Of a stretch of 64,000 bases of DNA, positions 1 to 13,430 are shown piece after piece. Numbering within the stretch: the stretch's first letter is position 1; every line of letters begins with the position of its first letter. The notes beneath the pieces are model-generated. The model did no database searches and was not told the origin of the DNA. It was given only the letters and a program-made list of their open reading frames with translations. The position numbers were made by a program, and so were the translations under genes. This DNA comes from Octopus vulgaris (lineage: Eukaryota), in assembly GCA_951406725.2 (NCBI GenBank), contig CATOCA020000001.1, positions 5,642,001 to 5,706,000 on the forward strand. The letters run 5' to 3'.

Positions 1-591
1 ACTATATTCTGCATTGTTTTTCATGAAAGATTGAAGGAGACGTTAAGAAGCATCCGGAGGAATAATATACAATTGGTGAACCTAGGTGATGCTAGAAATA
101 ACAGCCAAGTATATCAAAGTTTTGTGTTGTCACTCATATAAAAATTAAGGGTACTTAGAAAATCCTCGCTCTCCCACCTCAGCATATATTAATATATCAC
201 CCCAAATCTAAGCCGAATACCCCTAACCTCTAAGCCACTTCACTCCAGCGACCATGCAAACTGTGTGACGATTGCAGGCAGAGTGAAAGGAAAAGTAAAG
301 AATTGGAAATGTGAAAAAGCGAAATAAAAAACGAATCAGTGACGTGGAGTCGCAATCTGTACTAATTCCATTGATCAATGTTCGATCTTTATCGATAATG
401 TGTTATAAACACTATTTTATATTATTCTCACTCTTTTTAATAATAGGCATCACTCGCCGTCGCTCCGCCCCTTTCTCTCCCTCCACACCCCGCACGATGC
501 TCTTTGAAGCGGTGTTCCATCCAGATGTCCTCACATCCGTTTCTCTCATCAATAGGCAAACCGTTGTTCCATCCGTCGTCCGACTTGTGCG

Positions 592-642
<51 letters not shown>

Positions 643-645
643 ATA

Positions 646-888
646 TATTGGGTTGGTGCATAATCATTGCGGCTTTTTTCAACAAATTTTATTCAACAAA
701 AACAATAACATGTAACAAAAACATCGTTAAATGATTATTCCGGAGCATATTCACCATCTACTTCAATAACTGCTTCCCATTCGCTTGATAGACGATCATG
801 TAAAGATGTTTTTGATAAATATTTTTATTGTTTTTGTTGAATAGTATTTGTTGAAAAGAAGCCGCAATAATTATGCACCAGCCCAATA
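646..888. mobile_element. Mariner-type MITE
   Basis: TA-flanked TIRs TTGGGTTGGTGCATAATCATTGCGGC / GCCGCAATAATTATGCACCAGCCCAA; internal remnant of the transposase C-terminus (EWEAVIEVDGEY, minus strand). Confidence 0.85.
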
Positions 889-2067
889 TTTTACCTGACC
901 CTGGGATGGTGTGATATCTTGAATTGAGCGTTACATGGATTAAACTGAGGGAAGGTTGCACAATAGCATCTGGCTCACTCTCTCGTCCCTTCCTCTGTGA
1001 TTCCAGTGGAAGGATGAAGTCAAGAAAACTACAGACAGGTTGCAGTTCACCCTCCACAATGCTTGCTGGTCCGTTGAGCCTGTCTAGTGGTTTCCTCAGC
1101 ACACTCAACAGGTTCACATCCTTTGATAGACAAACCTAGCCCACCAATGGTTAAAGGCCGTGTGCTACCCTTACCAATGTTTAGCCAGCCTGTGGAAGCC
1201 GTGAGCCTGGGTGTGGATACTGTTGCATGCAGACAGCATTGATGACTCACAGGTGACAGGTGGGTGTCACAGGAGGAACAAAGCGGACGGACTACTCCAA
1301 AGGTCACTGCATATGCCTTTGACAGAGGTACTAATTGACCCCGTACACCTTGCACCCTAGAAAAAAGTATTACAAGAGCAAAGAAAGCTTCAATTATGCG
1401 GGTCCAGAGTCGGCTTCTTGCCTTCAGACCCAGCAGACAACCTTCTCTCTTTCTCCCACTCTCTCTCTTACTCAATCTCCCACTCTGTCTCTTTCTTTCT
1501 CCTCTTTCTCTCTCTCCCCTTCTCTCTTTCTCCCCTTCTCTCTTTCTCCCACTCCCTCTCTTACTCATTCTCCCTCTCTCTCTTTGTCTCTCACTCCCAC
1601 TCTCTCTGTCTCTAATGCCTGCCTGATGGCCACCTGACTGATTGATTTTCTTTTCACATGATCGGACGGCGACGGTAAGCGGATCGATTTCGAATCACCG
1701 TTTGAGCAATTCCACTGAAACACGGACACACTCGCCAAATTGTCGGGATGTTTATATTGTGGCCCACGAAAGAGACGGTTATCTGCGTCAGAGAAGCGGA
1801 AGCGAATCAACGGTTTGAGTTACACTCGAACATACACACGCAAGAAGCGACCTTTGCCACTTCGTTTTATTGTCAATGAAGGACGGAAAGAAAAATTTGA
1901 CCCAAACGAGAGACTTTAATTTACAACATTAAGGGAAGTAATACTTCTTATTCTACAAGAGTTATTGCCCTTGAACTGTTAAATTAAAGTTTCATCTTAA
2001 GGGTGATGACAACCAGTAGAGCAGCTGTGAAGGTTCCGTATGTATGTGTGTGCATATATATATACAT

Positions 2068-2230
2068 AGACGCAGAAGTGGCAGTGTGGTAGGTAGCTTG
2101 CTAACCAACCACATGGTTCTGAGTTCAGTCCTACTGCGTGGCATCTTGGGCAAGTGTCTTCTGCTATAGCCTCAGGCCAACCAATGCCTTGTGAGTGGAT
2201 TTGGTAGACGGAAACTGAAAGAAGCCTGTC

Positions 2231-2281
<51 letters not shown>

Positions 2282-2670
2282 CGCAGGAGTGGCTGTGTGG
2301 TAAGTAGTTTGTTTAACAACCACATGGTTCTGGGTTCAGTCCCACTGCGTGGTATCTTGGGCAAGTGTCTTCTGCTATAGCCTCAGGCCAACCAATGCCT
2401 TGTGAGTGGATTTGGTAGACGGAAACTGAAAGAAGCCTGTCGTATATATATATATATATGTGCATATGTTTGTGTGCCTGTGTTTATCCCTCTAGCATTG
2501 CTTGACAACCTATGCTGGTGTGTTTACGTCCCCGTCACTTAGCGGTTCGGCAAAAGAGACTGATAGAATAAGTACTAGGCTTACAAAGAATAAGCCCCGG
2601 GGTCGATTTGCTCGACTAAAGGCGGTGCTCCAGCATGGTCGCAGTCAAACGACTGAAACAAGTAAGAGAA
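2068..2670 (+). mobile_element. tRNA-derived CORE-type SINE (family A) with a tandemly duplicated head
   Basis: TGGCTGTGTGGTAAG A-box, GGTTCAGTCCC B-box, CORE-like GTGGCATCTTGGGCAAGTG, internal TA tract, tail GGCGGTGCTCCAGCATGG..GACTGAAAC. Confidence 0.85.
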
Positions 2671-2723
2671 TAAGAAGAGAAAGAAAGAAATGCACACACA
2701 TATATATATATATATAGATACAC

Positions 2724-2761
<38 letters not shown>

Positions 2762-2864
2762 TATAAGCATATGCATACATCTATACATACATATATAAAC
2801 ACACACACACACACACACACAAATATATTCATATATATATACAGACGTCAGAGAGAGAGAAAGA

Positions 2865-2923
<59 letters not shown>

Positions 2924-3441
2924 CGAGAAAGAGAGATTGAACAGATCTCAAGAGATTCTCAATGTAGAAAACACTTAGAGCTACCAAACAGATTCAACTT
3001 CGACTCGGAAAGCTTTACCGACGACCAAGTCCCCGACATAAAGAGTGGCTGCAACAGAAATCCATGGATACACGGAGATAAAGACAAAGCAGAGAGTGGA
3101 ACATCCTCAATCTTTGCTTCCTCTCTGCTAACATCTATCCATTGATATTTATTTTATATATCAATCCCAACAAGTTTCACATGTTTATTTGCATCATTCT
3201 CTCACTCTTTGTCTCTCTTTCTCTCTTTGTATCTGTGTTTGTCTCCATTATGTAGCGGTTCGGCAAAAGACATCCGATAGAATAAGACGTAGGCTAAAGA
3301 AAAATTGCCGGAGTAATTTATTTTGGGTTAAATCTTTACAAATTGTTGCTCCAGCATGATTGCAGTTTAATAACTGACTCAGGAAAAACAAAAGATATGC
3401 ACACATACATACATACATACATACATACATACATACATACA

Positions 3442-3472
<31 letters not shown>

Positions 3473-3900
3473 GTGTGTGTGTGTATGTATATGTGTGTGT
3501 GTGTGTGTGTGCCTCTATGTGTATATATATGTATGTATGTATGTGTGTGTATATATATATATAACAACGTCACCGTGACTAATCAGACCGTCAGATGTTG
3601 CTACACCTCGCTGGTCACAATGCGATTCATATTGGTTTAGCCTTCAAATGACGCCACACCGCCGCTAACAGAAGAAAGACTGAGATGAAGTTGTGACGAA
3701 AGATTACAGCGGGGATCGCCACCCCGACCCCTGCCGGACCCTTGTGGAACTTTTAGGTGTTTTCGCTCGAGAAACACTCACACAGCCTGGCCTGGGAATC
3801 GAAACGGCGATTCTACAACTACGAGTCCGTTGCCCTAACCACTGGGCCATTGCCCAGTATATATATATATATATACTGAAAGACGCCTGTCGTATATATG

Positions 3901-3954
<54 letters not shown>

Positions 3955-4216
3955 TGTGTGTGTGTGTATATGTTTGTGTGTCTGTGTTTGTCCTCCTAGA
4001 ATTGCTTGACAACCGATTCTGGTGTGTTTACGTCACCGTCACATAGCGGTTCGGCAAAGGAGACCGATAGAATAAGTACTGGGCTTACAAAAGAATAAGT
4101 CCCGGGGTCGAGTTGCTCGATTAAAGGCGGTGCTCCAGCATGGCCGCAGTCAAATGACTGAAACAAGTAAAAGAGTATATATATTTATATATATATATAT
4201 AAACATATATATATGT

Positions 4217-4255
<39 letters not shown>

Positions 4256-4550
4256 TATATATGAATGTATATATATATACATATATATATATGAATGTAT
4301 ATATATATACATATATATATGTATGAATGTATATATATATATACCGGAGTAAACACATAAATGTGAAACAAGGTGGAAAAAAGAGTACTCAAATACCAGT
4401 GGTAGAGTATTATGCTTTATTTAAAGCAGCAGAAAATAGGCTGGATAGAATTGACATATCGGTTCCATTCTAGCAAAACTGGCCGATGAACGGCAACGGG
4501 AAACTCAGAGTAACAGGTTTTGTTGAATTCTCTGCTGCTTTAAATAGAGT

Positions 4551-4653
<103 letters not shown>

Positions 4654-4727
4654 CACACATACATACACACACAGACATATACACACATACATACATACAT
4701 ACATATATGTATATATATATATGTATG

Positions 4728-4813
<86 letters not shown>

Positions 4814-5607
4814 CCTTTGAAGTTGTTATCGAACAGAATATCCTTGGTTATGGCCGGTCAACATTTCCTTTAGATACACGTCAAGTATTTCACTCGACTA
4901 TATTGACAGTATAAGCAACGAACAGTCCGAAGTCACATAATGCCTTTAGTAATGCAGCTAAAAATACAATCTTGGTCATTTTGGTGGTCAAAAATACGCT
5001 GAAACAAGCAAAGAATTAAAAAATTTGAAACGATAAAACTTCTTATTTACATTATTTACATTTGACGGATATTCCGTCGTCAGTGACCACGTGTATGCAG
5101 GAAGTTCCAGACAGAGTATTCACAGAACATAAAAGAATAAATCAGATGACAGAAGATTAAAGACAAAAGAATAAAAATTTTAAATCTATAGAGAGATATA
5201 GATATTAAATATATATCTTTCGGTTTCCGTCTAACAAATCCACTCACAAGGCTTTGGTCGGAAACGATGCTATAGCAAAAGACACTTGTCGAAATTGTCA
5301 TGTTGTGGGACTGAACCTAGAACCATATGGTTGGTTTGCAAGCTAATTATACATACACATATATATACATACATTACATATACACACATATATATATATA
5401 TATATACAAACATACACATAAATTACATACATACGCACACACGTATATAAATATATATATATATATATGTATACATACATACATATATATATATATGCAT
5501 ACATACACATATATATGCATGCATACATACACAAATATATTTCATATATATATTAATGTATGTATATATACATACTTATTTTACACACATATACACACAC
5601 ACACATA

Positions 5608-5654
<47 letters not shown>

Positions 5655-6026
5655 CTTTTATTCGTTTCAGTCATATAACTGCGACCATACTGGAGTCCGC
5701 CTACAGTCGAACAAATCGACCCCAGGACTAATTTTTGTAAGCCTATTACTTATTCTATCTTCTATCTTTTGCCGGACCGCTATATTTTGGAGACGGAAAC
5801 ACACCAACATCGGTTGTCAAGCGATAGTTGGGGCACAAGCACAGACACACAATCATATGCATACATAAATATACGAAGGCTTCTTTCAGTTTCCATCTAC
5901 CAAATCCGCTCAAAAAGCTTTATTCGGGCCGAGGATATAGTAGAAGACACTTCCCTGCTCTGCCATGCTGATCCCAAAAGCATGTGATTGGTTAGATAGC
6001 TACTTACCACACATCCAATATGTGCG

Positions 6027-6064
<38 letters not shown>

Positions 6065-6215
6065 TATGTATATATATATATATGTATATACATATATATA
6101 TATATGATTGATTGATTGATTCCAGTTCCAGCCTATGAGCTGTGGCCATGCTGGGGCACCGCTATATATATGTATGTATATATATATTTATATATATATA
6201 TATATATGTATATAA

Positions 6216-6346
<131 letters not shown>

Positions 6347-6407
6347 CATACATATATATATATATATATATTTATACATGCATACATGCATACATACATA
6401 CATAAAT

Positions 6408-6442
<35 letters not shown>

Positions 6443-6644
6443 TATATATATGTAAAGAGTGAGTGAGGAATAGAGAAAGTGAAAAAAGCCATATATACAA
6501 GTCCCGAACTGTTGTTGGAGTTTGCTAGTTTATTACTTCAACCCAGATATGAACCTGCTTCTTATTTCATCGACACTAAAACGTTAAAAGTGAATGTTAG
6601 CATTGGCACAATTCGAACAGGCTGAACAAGATATATAGTTCTAC

Positions 6645-7210
6645 AATAGGCACAAGGCGTGAAATTTGGGAGGGGAACAAGTCGAATACATCGACCTTCA
6701 GTCTTTGACTGGTACTTAATTTATCGTCCCCGAAAGAATGAAAGGCAAAGTCGACCTCGGCTGAATTTGAACTCATTACGTATCGACGGGCGAAATATCT
6801 GTTTCTTTATTAGCCACAGGGGAATAAACATAGAGGACAAACAAGGACAGACAAACGGATTAAGTCGATTACATGGACCACAGTGCGTCACTGGTACTTA
6901 ATTTATCGACCCCGAAATGATGAAAGGCAAAGTCGACTTCGGCTGAATTTGAACTCATAACGTATCGACGGGCGAAATATCTGTTTCTTTATTAGCCACA
7001 AGGTGATAAACATAGAGGGGAAAAACAAGGACAGACAAACGGATTACGTCGATTAATCGACCCCAGTGCGTCACTGGTACTTAATTTATCGACCCCGAAA
7101 TGATGAAAGGCAAAGTTGACCTTGGTGGAATTTGAACTCAGTTCTTAGCGACGAACGAAATACGGCTAAGCATTTCGCGCGGGGCACTAACGTTTCTACT
7201 AGCTGCCACC
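6645..7210 (-). mobile_element. Nin-domain-like SINE (family C) with ~180-bp internal tandem triplication
   Basis: A GCCTTTCATC.TTTCGGGG.CGATAAATTAAGTACC-like block occurs three times; single copies at ~13725-13905(+) and ~63130-63260(-). Confidence 0.75.
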
Positions 7211-7661
7211 TTTGCGTGGGCACGATATAGCAGTAATTGATCTGTGTTAGTTTTGTGTGTGTGTGTGTGTTAAGAATGTTGAAACTGAGTCACACTTGAC
7301 TTAACATTAACGACTGCAGGCCTCTTAGTCAAAAATCAGGTCAGACAGTTTTATATACCTGTAAGCAGCTTTCGTCACCATCATCATCATAATCGTCATC
7401 ATCATTATTATTGTCAAGGCTTTACATTCACAGACACAATTACATGTCTGCATTTGTATATATAGATGTATAGGTAGGTATATATATGGACAAATATGGA
7501 CAAATATGGATCACCACCCCCTGCCGAGCCTCATGGAGCTTTCTATAGGTGTTTTCGCTCAATAAACACACACAACGCCCGGTCTGGGAATCGAAACCGC
7601 GATTCTGCGACCGCGAGTCCGCTGCCTTAACCACTAGGCTATTGCTCCTCCACACACACAC

Positions 7662-7707
<46 letters not shown>

Positions 7708-7709
<2 letters not shown>

Positions 7710-7953
7710 CTTCAATTTAAGTGGTATTTTTTTCATTTATTACGGCAGCAGGGACTTAAAGTTTGTCTTGTACCCCATACAACAAATGTTTATAATCCTG
7801 GTTGTTTAGTGATTTAGAATTATTATCCGTGGGAATAATAATTCTAAATCACTAAACAACCAGGATTATAAACATTTATTGTATGGGGTACAAGACAAAC
7901 TTTAAGCCCCTGCTGCCGTAATAAATGAAAAAAATACCACTTAAATTGAAGTA
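7708..7953. mobile_element. Fold-back MITE (near-perfect ~245-bp hairpin)
   Basis: TACTTCAATTTAAGTGG ... CCACTTAAATTGAAGTA; arms of ~118 bp with about 2 mismatches and a small loop near 7826-7833. Confidence 0.85.
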
Positions 7954-7984
7954 TTGAACACTTTCAGCAATGTATGCCTGTTAT

Positions 7985-8067
<83 letters not shown>

Positions 8068-8071
8068 ATAG

Positions 8072-8189
8072 AAGCCATCTTAACATGGCTAACCAGATAG
8101 GGGAGGGGTGTTACTGTAGCTTTATAGCCCCAGGAGAACGTCGTCTCCAGCTGGCTTTAGACATGTGGTTAGCCATGTTATGATGGCTT
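8072..8189. mobile_element. Small MITE-like element with 24-bp terminal inverted repeats
   Basis: AAGCCATCTTAACATGGCTAACCA ... TGGTTAGCCATGTTATGATGGCTT (1 mismatch). Confidence 0.6.
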
Positions 8190-8238
8190 ACATTGTCGAG
8201 CGATTACTGTTTCAATCTCATTCTGAGATTTAATAATG

Positions 8239-8279
<41 letters not shown>

Positions 8280-8368
8280 AGAGTTCTATATTTAAGAAAT
8301 GCGGAAATATGTACATTATTTATATTATTTATATTTGAAGGATATGTGTCCTCATCTTTTTGGTTGTT

Positions 8369-8414
8369 AACACAACGTTTCGGCTGATATGCCCTCCAGC
8401 ATTCATCAGGTGTC
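8369..8414 (-). ncRNA. Second-family minimal hammerhead motif in a dispersed repeat
   Basis: GACAC-CTGATGA-at GCTGG agggcata TCAGC c-GAAA-CG-TT-GTGTT, with palindromic ACGT stem III. Degenerate or truncated copies at ~8713-8755, ~11748-11790, 12741-12770 and ~17478-17523. Confidence 0.6.
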
Positions 8415-8444
8415 TTAATCACTATGCCAAATGCCCACGGGAAT

Positions 8445-8658
<214 letters not shown>

Positions 8659-9069
8659 GCAACATCGTAAGATACCTGAGGAATGAGAGCCCAGGTTTGA
8701 AATTTCCCCAAAACACCTGATTAAGGGTGGAGGGTATATCAGCCGCAACGATGTAAATAAAATGTATATATATATATATATATAATTTCAACAATTGAGG
8801 GTAAAATTAATTAATTAATCAATTTCACCAAGTGTTCAGTATGCAAAGGGACCATTTAAGGCGAATTCAAATTATTACATTATATAAAAGGGCTTAGTAA
8901 AATAAATTACTTTGCCGCATACTGAACTCATTAGAAATAGCAGCTAAAAAAAACATTTATAAAACTATTTCTAATACTTAAAGAAAACCTCTCTCATATA
9001 GTGTTTGCTCAATTCAACTCACGGAAGTATGGGGGTAGAGACATTAAAAAATCAGATGCAAAGGTTATT

Positions 9070-9123
9070 TGAGAACGTACGTTTCAAGATTAGTCAAAAC
9101 TCGACATTTCTATCATCAGCTCA
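9070..9123 (-). ncRNA. Minimal type I hammerhead ribozyme motif
   Basis: TGAG-CTGATGA-(stem II AGA..GTCGA gtt TTGAC..TCT)-GAAA-C GTAC G-T-T-CTCA. Stem I is TGAG/CTCA and stem III is the palindrome ACGTACGT. Confidence 0.75.
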
Positions 9124-9631
9124 GAACTCCCTGGTTTGGATTTGAAAACACTGAAAGTGGGAGCATACTCCTTCGGCCTCCTATCGCTTTTGAAGATCCG
9201 CTCGTAACTAACAGTGCCAACAAACCCAAATATGCAAGCGAAGAATTTCTGCTCTCCCCTTTCCACCAGCGTGGGTTAAAATCAGCAAACACTATGCTTT
9301 TTTCGGTAAAATCCGAGGCATTTAAATAGAGAGAGATGAATTATAATTTCAACAATTGAGGGTAAAATTAATTAATTAATCAATTTCACCAAGTGTTCAG
9401 TATGCAAAGGGACCATTTAAGGCGAATTCAAATTATTACATTATATAAAAGGGCTTAGTAAAATAAATTACTTTGCCGCATACTGAACTCATTAGAAATA
9501 GCAGCTAAAAAAAACATTTATAAAACTATTTCTAATACTTAAAGAAAACCTCTCTCATATAGTGTTTGCTCAATTCAACTCACGGAAATATGGGGGGTAG
9601 AGACATTAAAAAATCAGATGCAAAGGTTATT

Positions 9632-9685
9632 TGAGAACGTACGTTTCAAGATTAGTCAAAACTCGACATTTCTATCATCAGCTCA
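9632..9685 (-). ncRNA. Minimal type I hammerhead ribozyme motif (tandem copy, in the hairpin spacer)
   Basis: Same sequence as 9070-9123, 562 nt away in the same orientation. Confidence 0.75.
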
Positions 9686-10151
9686 GAACTCCCTGGTTTG
9701 GATTTGAAAACACTATATGAGAGAGGTTTTCTTTAAGTATTAGAAATAGTTTTATAAATGTTTTTTTTAGCTGCTATTTCTAATGAGTTCAGTATGCGGC
9801 AAAGTAATTTATTTTACTAAGCCCTTTTATATAATGTAATAATTTGAATTCGCCTTAAATGGTCCCTTTGCATACTGAACACTTGGTGAAATTGATTAAT
9901 TAATTAATTTTACCCTCAATTGTTGAAATTATAATTCATCTCTCTCTATTTAAATGCCTCGGATTTTACCGAAAAAAGCATAGTGTTTGCTGATTTTAAC
10001 CCACGCTGGTGGAAAGGGGAGAGCAGAAATTCTTCGCTTGCATATTTGGGTTTGTTGGCACTGTTAGTTACGAGCGGATCTTCAAAAGCGATAGGAGGCC
10101 GAAGGAGTATGCTCCCACTTTCAGTGTTTTCAAATCCAAACCAGGGAGTTC

Positions 10152-10205
10152 TGAGCTGATGATAGAAATGTCGAGTTTTGACTAATCTTGAAACGTACGT
10201 TCTCA
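10152..10205 (+). ncRNA. Minimal type I hammerhead ribozyme motif (inverted copy)
   Basis: CTGATGA at 10156-10162, GAAA at 10190-10193, GUU triplet ending 10201, CTCA at 10202-10205. Confidence 0.75.
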
Positions 10206-10402
10206 AATAACCTTTGCATCTGATTTTTTAATGTCTCTACCCCCCATACTTCCGTGAGTTGAATTGAGCAAACACTATATGAGAGAGGTTTTCTTTAAGT
10301 ATTAGAAATAGTTTTATAAATGTTTTTTTTAGCTGCTATTTCTAATGAGTTCAGTATGCGGCAAAGTAATTTATTTTACTATAGCCCTTTTATATAATGT
10401 AA

Positions 10403-10469
<67 letters not shown>

Positions 10470-11289
10470 CCTAAATAATGGAGCTACAGATACAATATCC
10501 CTGCATATCTCACATCTATTTTCATTCCTCCACTCCACTTTCTATTTCATATTTTATCTAGAATAATTATTGCTTAACAATCTTCTCACACCGTCTACGC
10601 TGAAGGGATATATAAATTATCCCGGAAACAGCTCTAAGACCTTCTCTTCATAAATGTTCTGAGATCTTTCACAGCCTGAGATTTTTATCTCATTTTGTTA
10701 ATTTTTTTCATATCTACGCATGCTGATATATGAGATACGTTGGACTCCTCATTTCCTTAATCACCGAACATGGAGCTTAACTACAGTCTGTCCATAACAC
10801 TTACTCAGCATTACCTGACACCTTTGGGATTTATTGACTCCATTACATCTCATAACCTTTATATATAGAGAGAGAGAGAAAGGAGGGAGACGGGAGAGAG
10901 AGGGAGTCAGTATGAGACAATATATTAGACAAAGTTTAATAATTTTCATCAAATAAATCAAATGATGCAGATTGGACGTTAAAATGGATTATCCTTTTAT
11001 TTCATAATCCCATCCCAGATTATTGTTTCTGAGAAAAAAAGAACCAAGAAATCCATAAAGAGATTTAATGAAAAAGATTACAGAGATGTACTTGTATTGC
11101 AAGTGATTTGATCTGAGATCGTGTGCTGAAACGAAAACAATTGCAGCGTGGAAGGTGTTTGTAAGCCATTTAAGATACACACAAAAGCCGTTCGATTTAC
11201 TTCAACATTTATGTTCAATTTGTCAAAGTATTTTCGTCGCTATAAGACCGCGACATGCGGTCTTATAGAAAACATTTTTTTAAATATAT

Positions 11290-11675
11290 GAGTGGCTATG
11301 TGGTAAGTAGCTTGCTAACCAACCACATGGTTCCGGGTTCAGTCCCACTGCGTGGCATCTTGGGCAAGTGTCTTCTGCTAGAGCCCCGGGTCGACCAATG
11401 CCTTGTGAGTGGATTTGGTAGACGGAAACTGAAAGAAGCCTGTCGTATATATGTATATATATATATGTGTGTGTTTGTGTGTCTGTGTTTGTCCCCCTAG
11501 CATTGCTTGACAACCGATGCTGGTGTGTTTACGTCCCCGTTACTTAGAGGTCCGGCAAAAAAGAGACCGATAGAATAAGTACTGGGCTTACAAAGAATAA
11601 GTCCCGGGGTCGATTTGCTCGACTAAAGGCGGTGCTCCAGCATGGCCGCAGTCAAATGACTAAAACAAGTAAAAG
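11290..11675 (+). mobile_element. SINE family A, near full length
   Basis: Same family as 2280-2670. Other copies at ~3875-4175(+), 5655-6015(-), 14365-14520(-), 15275-15638(+), 18855-19175(+), 20050-20435(-) and 20843-21030(-). Confidence 0.85.
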
Positions 11676-11692
11676 AGTGAAAAGAGTAAAGA

Positions 11693-11730
<38 letters not shown>

Positions 11731-11881
11731 TATTTACATTTTACTTACATCGTTGCGGCTGATATACCTGCCACCCTTACTCAGGTGTTTTGGTGGAAAT
11801 TTCAAACGTGGGCTCTCATTCCTCAGGTACTTTTCGATGTTGCCATTATGAACATTATTATTTTTATTATTATTATTATTA

Positions 11882-11997
<116 letters not shown>

Positions 11998-12002
11998 GTT
12001 GT

Positions 12003-12449
12003 TGTTGAGTAAGAGAGCAGTGCATGCCATCAAAGTGACACTGGGGTAAAATATACGAAGCCCAGTATACCCATCATGACTACCCGTCTGATAAGGGTAC
12101 ACCAGGCAAATGCATCACAACCATATGTGCGCGACATGGTGATCTCATATCAAGATAAACAGCATATGACCTTGCAGGTGGGGCCCAGTTAGAATTTTCT
12201 TCAGATCGAGTAACCCATCCCGCTCAAAAGGTCCCTGAATAAGGGTTGTTTAAGGATGTTGAACGAAACACTCATGTTTCCAGAGGTGAATTATTCAAAC
12301 CCCAAAGGATCCTTCTCGACACATGGCTATGATGCTCCCCCACTACTTCTGCTCGTGATCAGAGATGCACATATCGTCAGCCACTAAGGGACATGCTCAA
12401 CTGGTTAAGGTCAATCAACTGACAAGCAAATCTGTGGTATTGAGCAGAA

Positions 12450-12450
<1 letters not shown>
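12003..12450 (-). mobile_element. ~450-bp non-coding retro-repeat inserted in a (TAA)n tract
   Basis: GC-richer block bounded by (TTA/TTG)n on both sides; absent from the homologous (AAT)n tract at 8512-8657. Confidence 0.65.
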
Positions 12451-12506
<56 letters not shown>

Positions 12507-12558
12507 GATCATTATTATTATTATTATTTTAGAAAGGATCGAGGTAACTGCTCCATTA

Positions 12559-12643
<85 letters not shown>

Positions 12644-12864
12644 TGTCACTGCCTGGAATCGAAGTCTGAATGTTGGGGTTAGTAGCCCGCGCCATTAGCC
12701 ACTATGCCATATTCCCGTGGGCATATGGCATAGTGATTAAGACACCTGATGAACGCTGGAGGGTATATCACGCGTAGAGTTCATGAAAATATCACTTCTA
12801 TAATTCATGTATATATATATATGTATTCATCCATATGTATATATATCTTTATATATTTTTATAT

Positions 12865-12929
<65 letters not shown>

Positions 12930-13286
12930 TTAATAAGGGTGAGAGAATTAGATACTAATTTAATAGTATATTTATTCCACACCAAGTGGCCTAGTGCTAC
13001 GAGAAACCTGGATTATTATAATATTTTATAACATATTATAATATTTTTCTAAATTTTGTGAAAATTTTATTTTATTTATTCTCTTATCTCTCTTATATTT
13101 ATTTTATATTATATATATATATATATATATACATACATGCACACAGATACATGAATAGATATTTGTAAATATATCTCTACATATATGCAAACAGACATGC
13201 ATAAATGGATACACACGCACACACACGCAAACACACACACACATACACACACACACACACATATATATATATGTGTGTATATATAT

Positions 13287-13338
<52 letters not shown>

Positions 13339-13373
13339 ACATTTACGTACGTGTGGTTATACGGATAGATAGA

Positions 13374-13430
<57 letters not shown>

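Larger units (their letters stand above)
8782..10407. mobile_element. Hammerhead-bearing ~562-bp repeat in tandem + inverted arrangement (Penelope pLTR-like / retrozyme-like), flanked by (TA)n
   Basis: Unit 8782-9342, a partial second unit 9343-9714, then an inverted copy 9708-10407; three hammerhead cores. Confidence 0.8.

Noticed and set aside
758-1568. Mirrored ORFs in the palindrome arms (also 21430-22313)
   Set aside because: No domain recognised and stops or frames differ between arms; likely a decayed retroelement I cannot classify.
6660-7210. Regularly spaced repeats resembling a CRISPR array
   Set aside because: Eukaryotic context; the units are ~180-bp full tandem copies of a SINE segment with no unique spacers.
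9069-9329. Identical 86-aa ORFs at 9069..9329(+) and 9946..10206(-)
   Set aside because: TTG start, antisense to the hammerhead and no recognisable motif; the identity simply reflects the inverted duplication.
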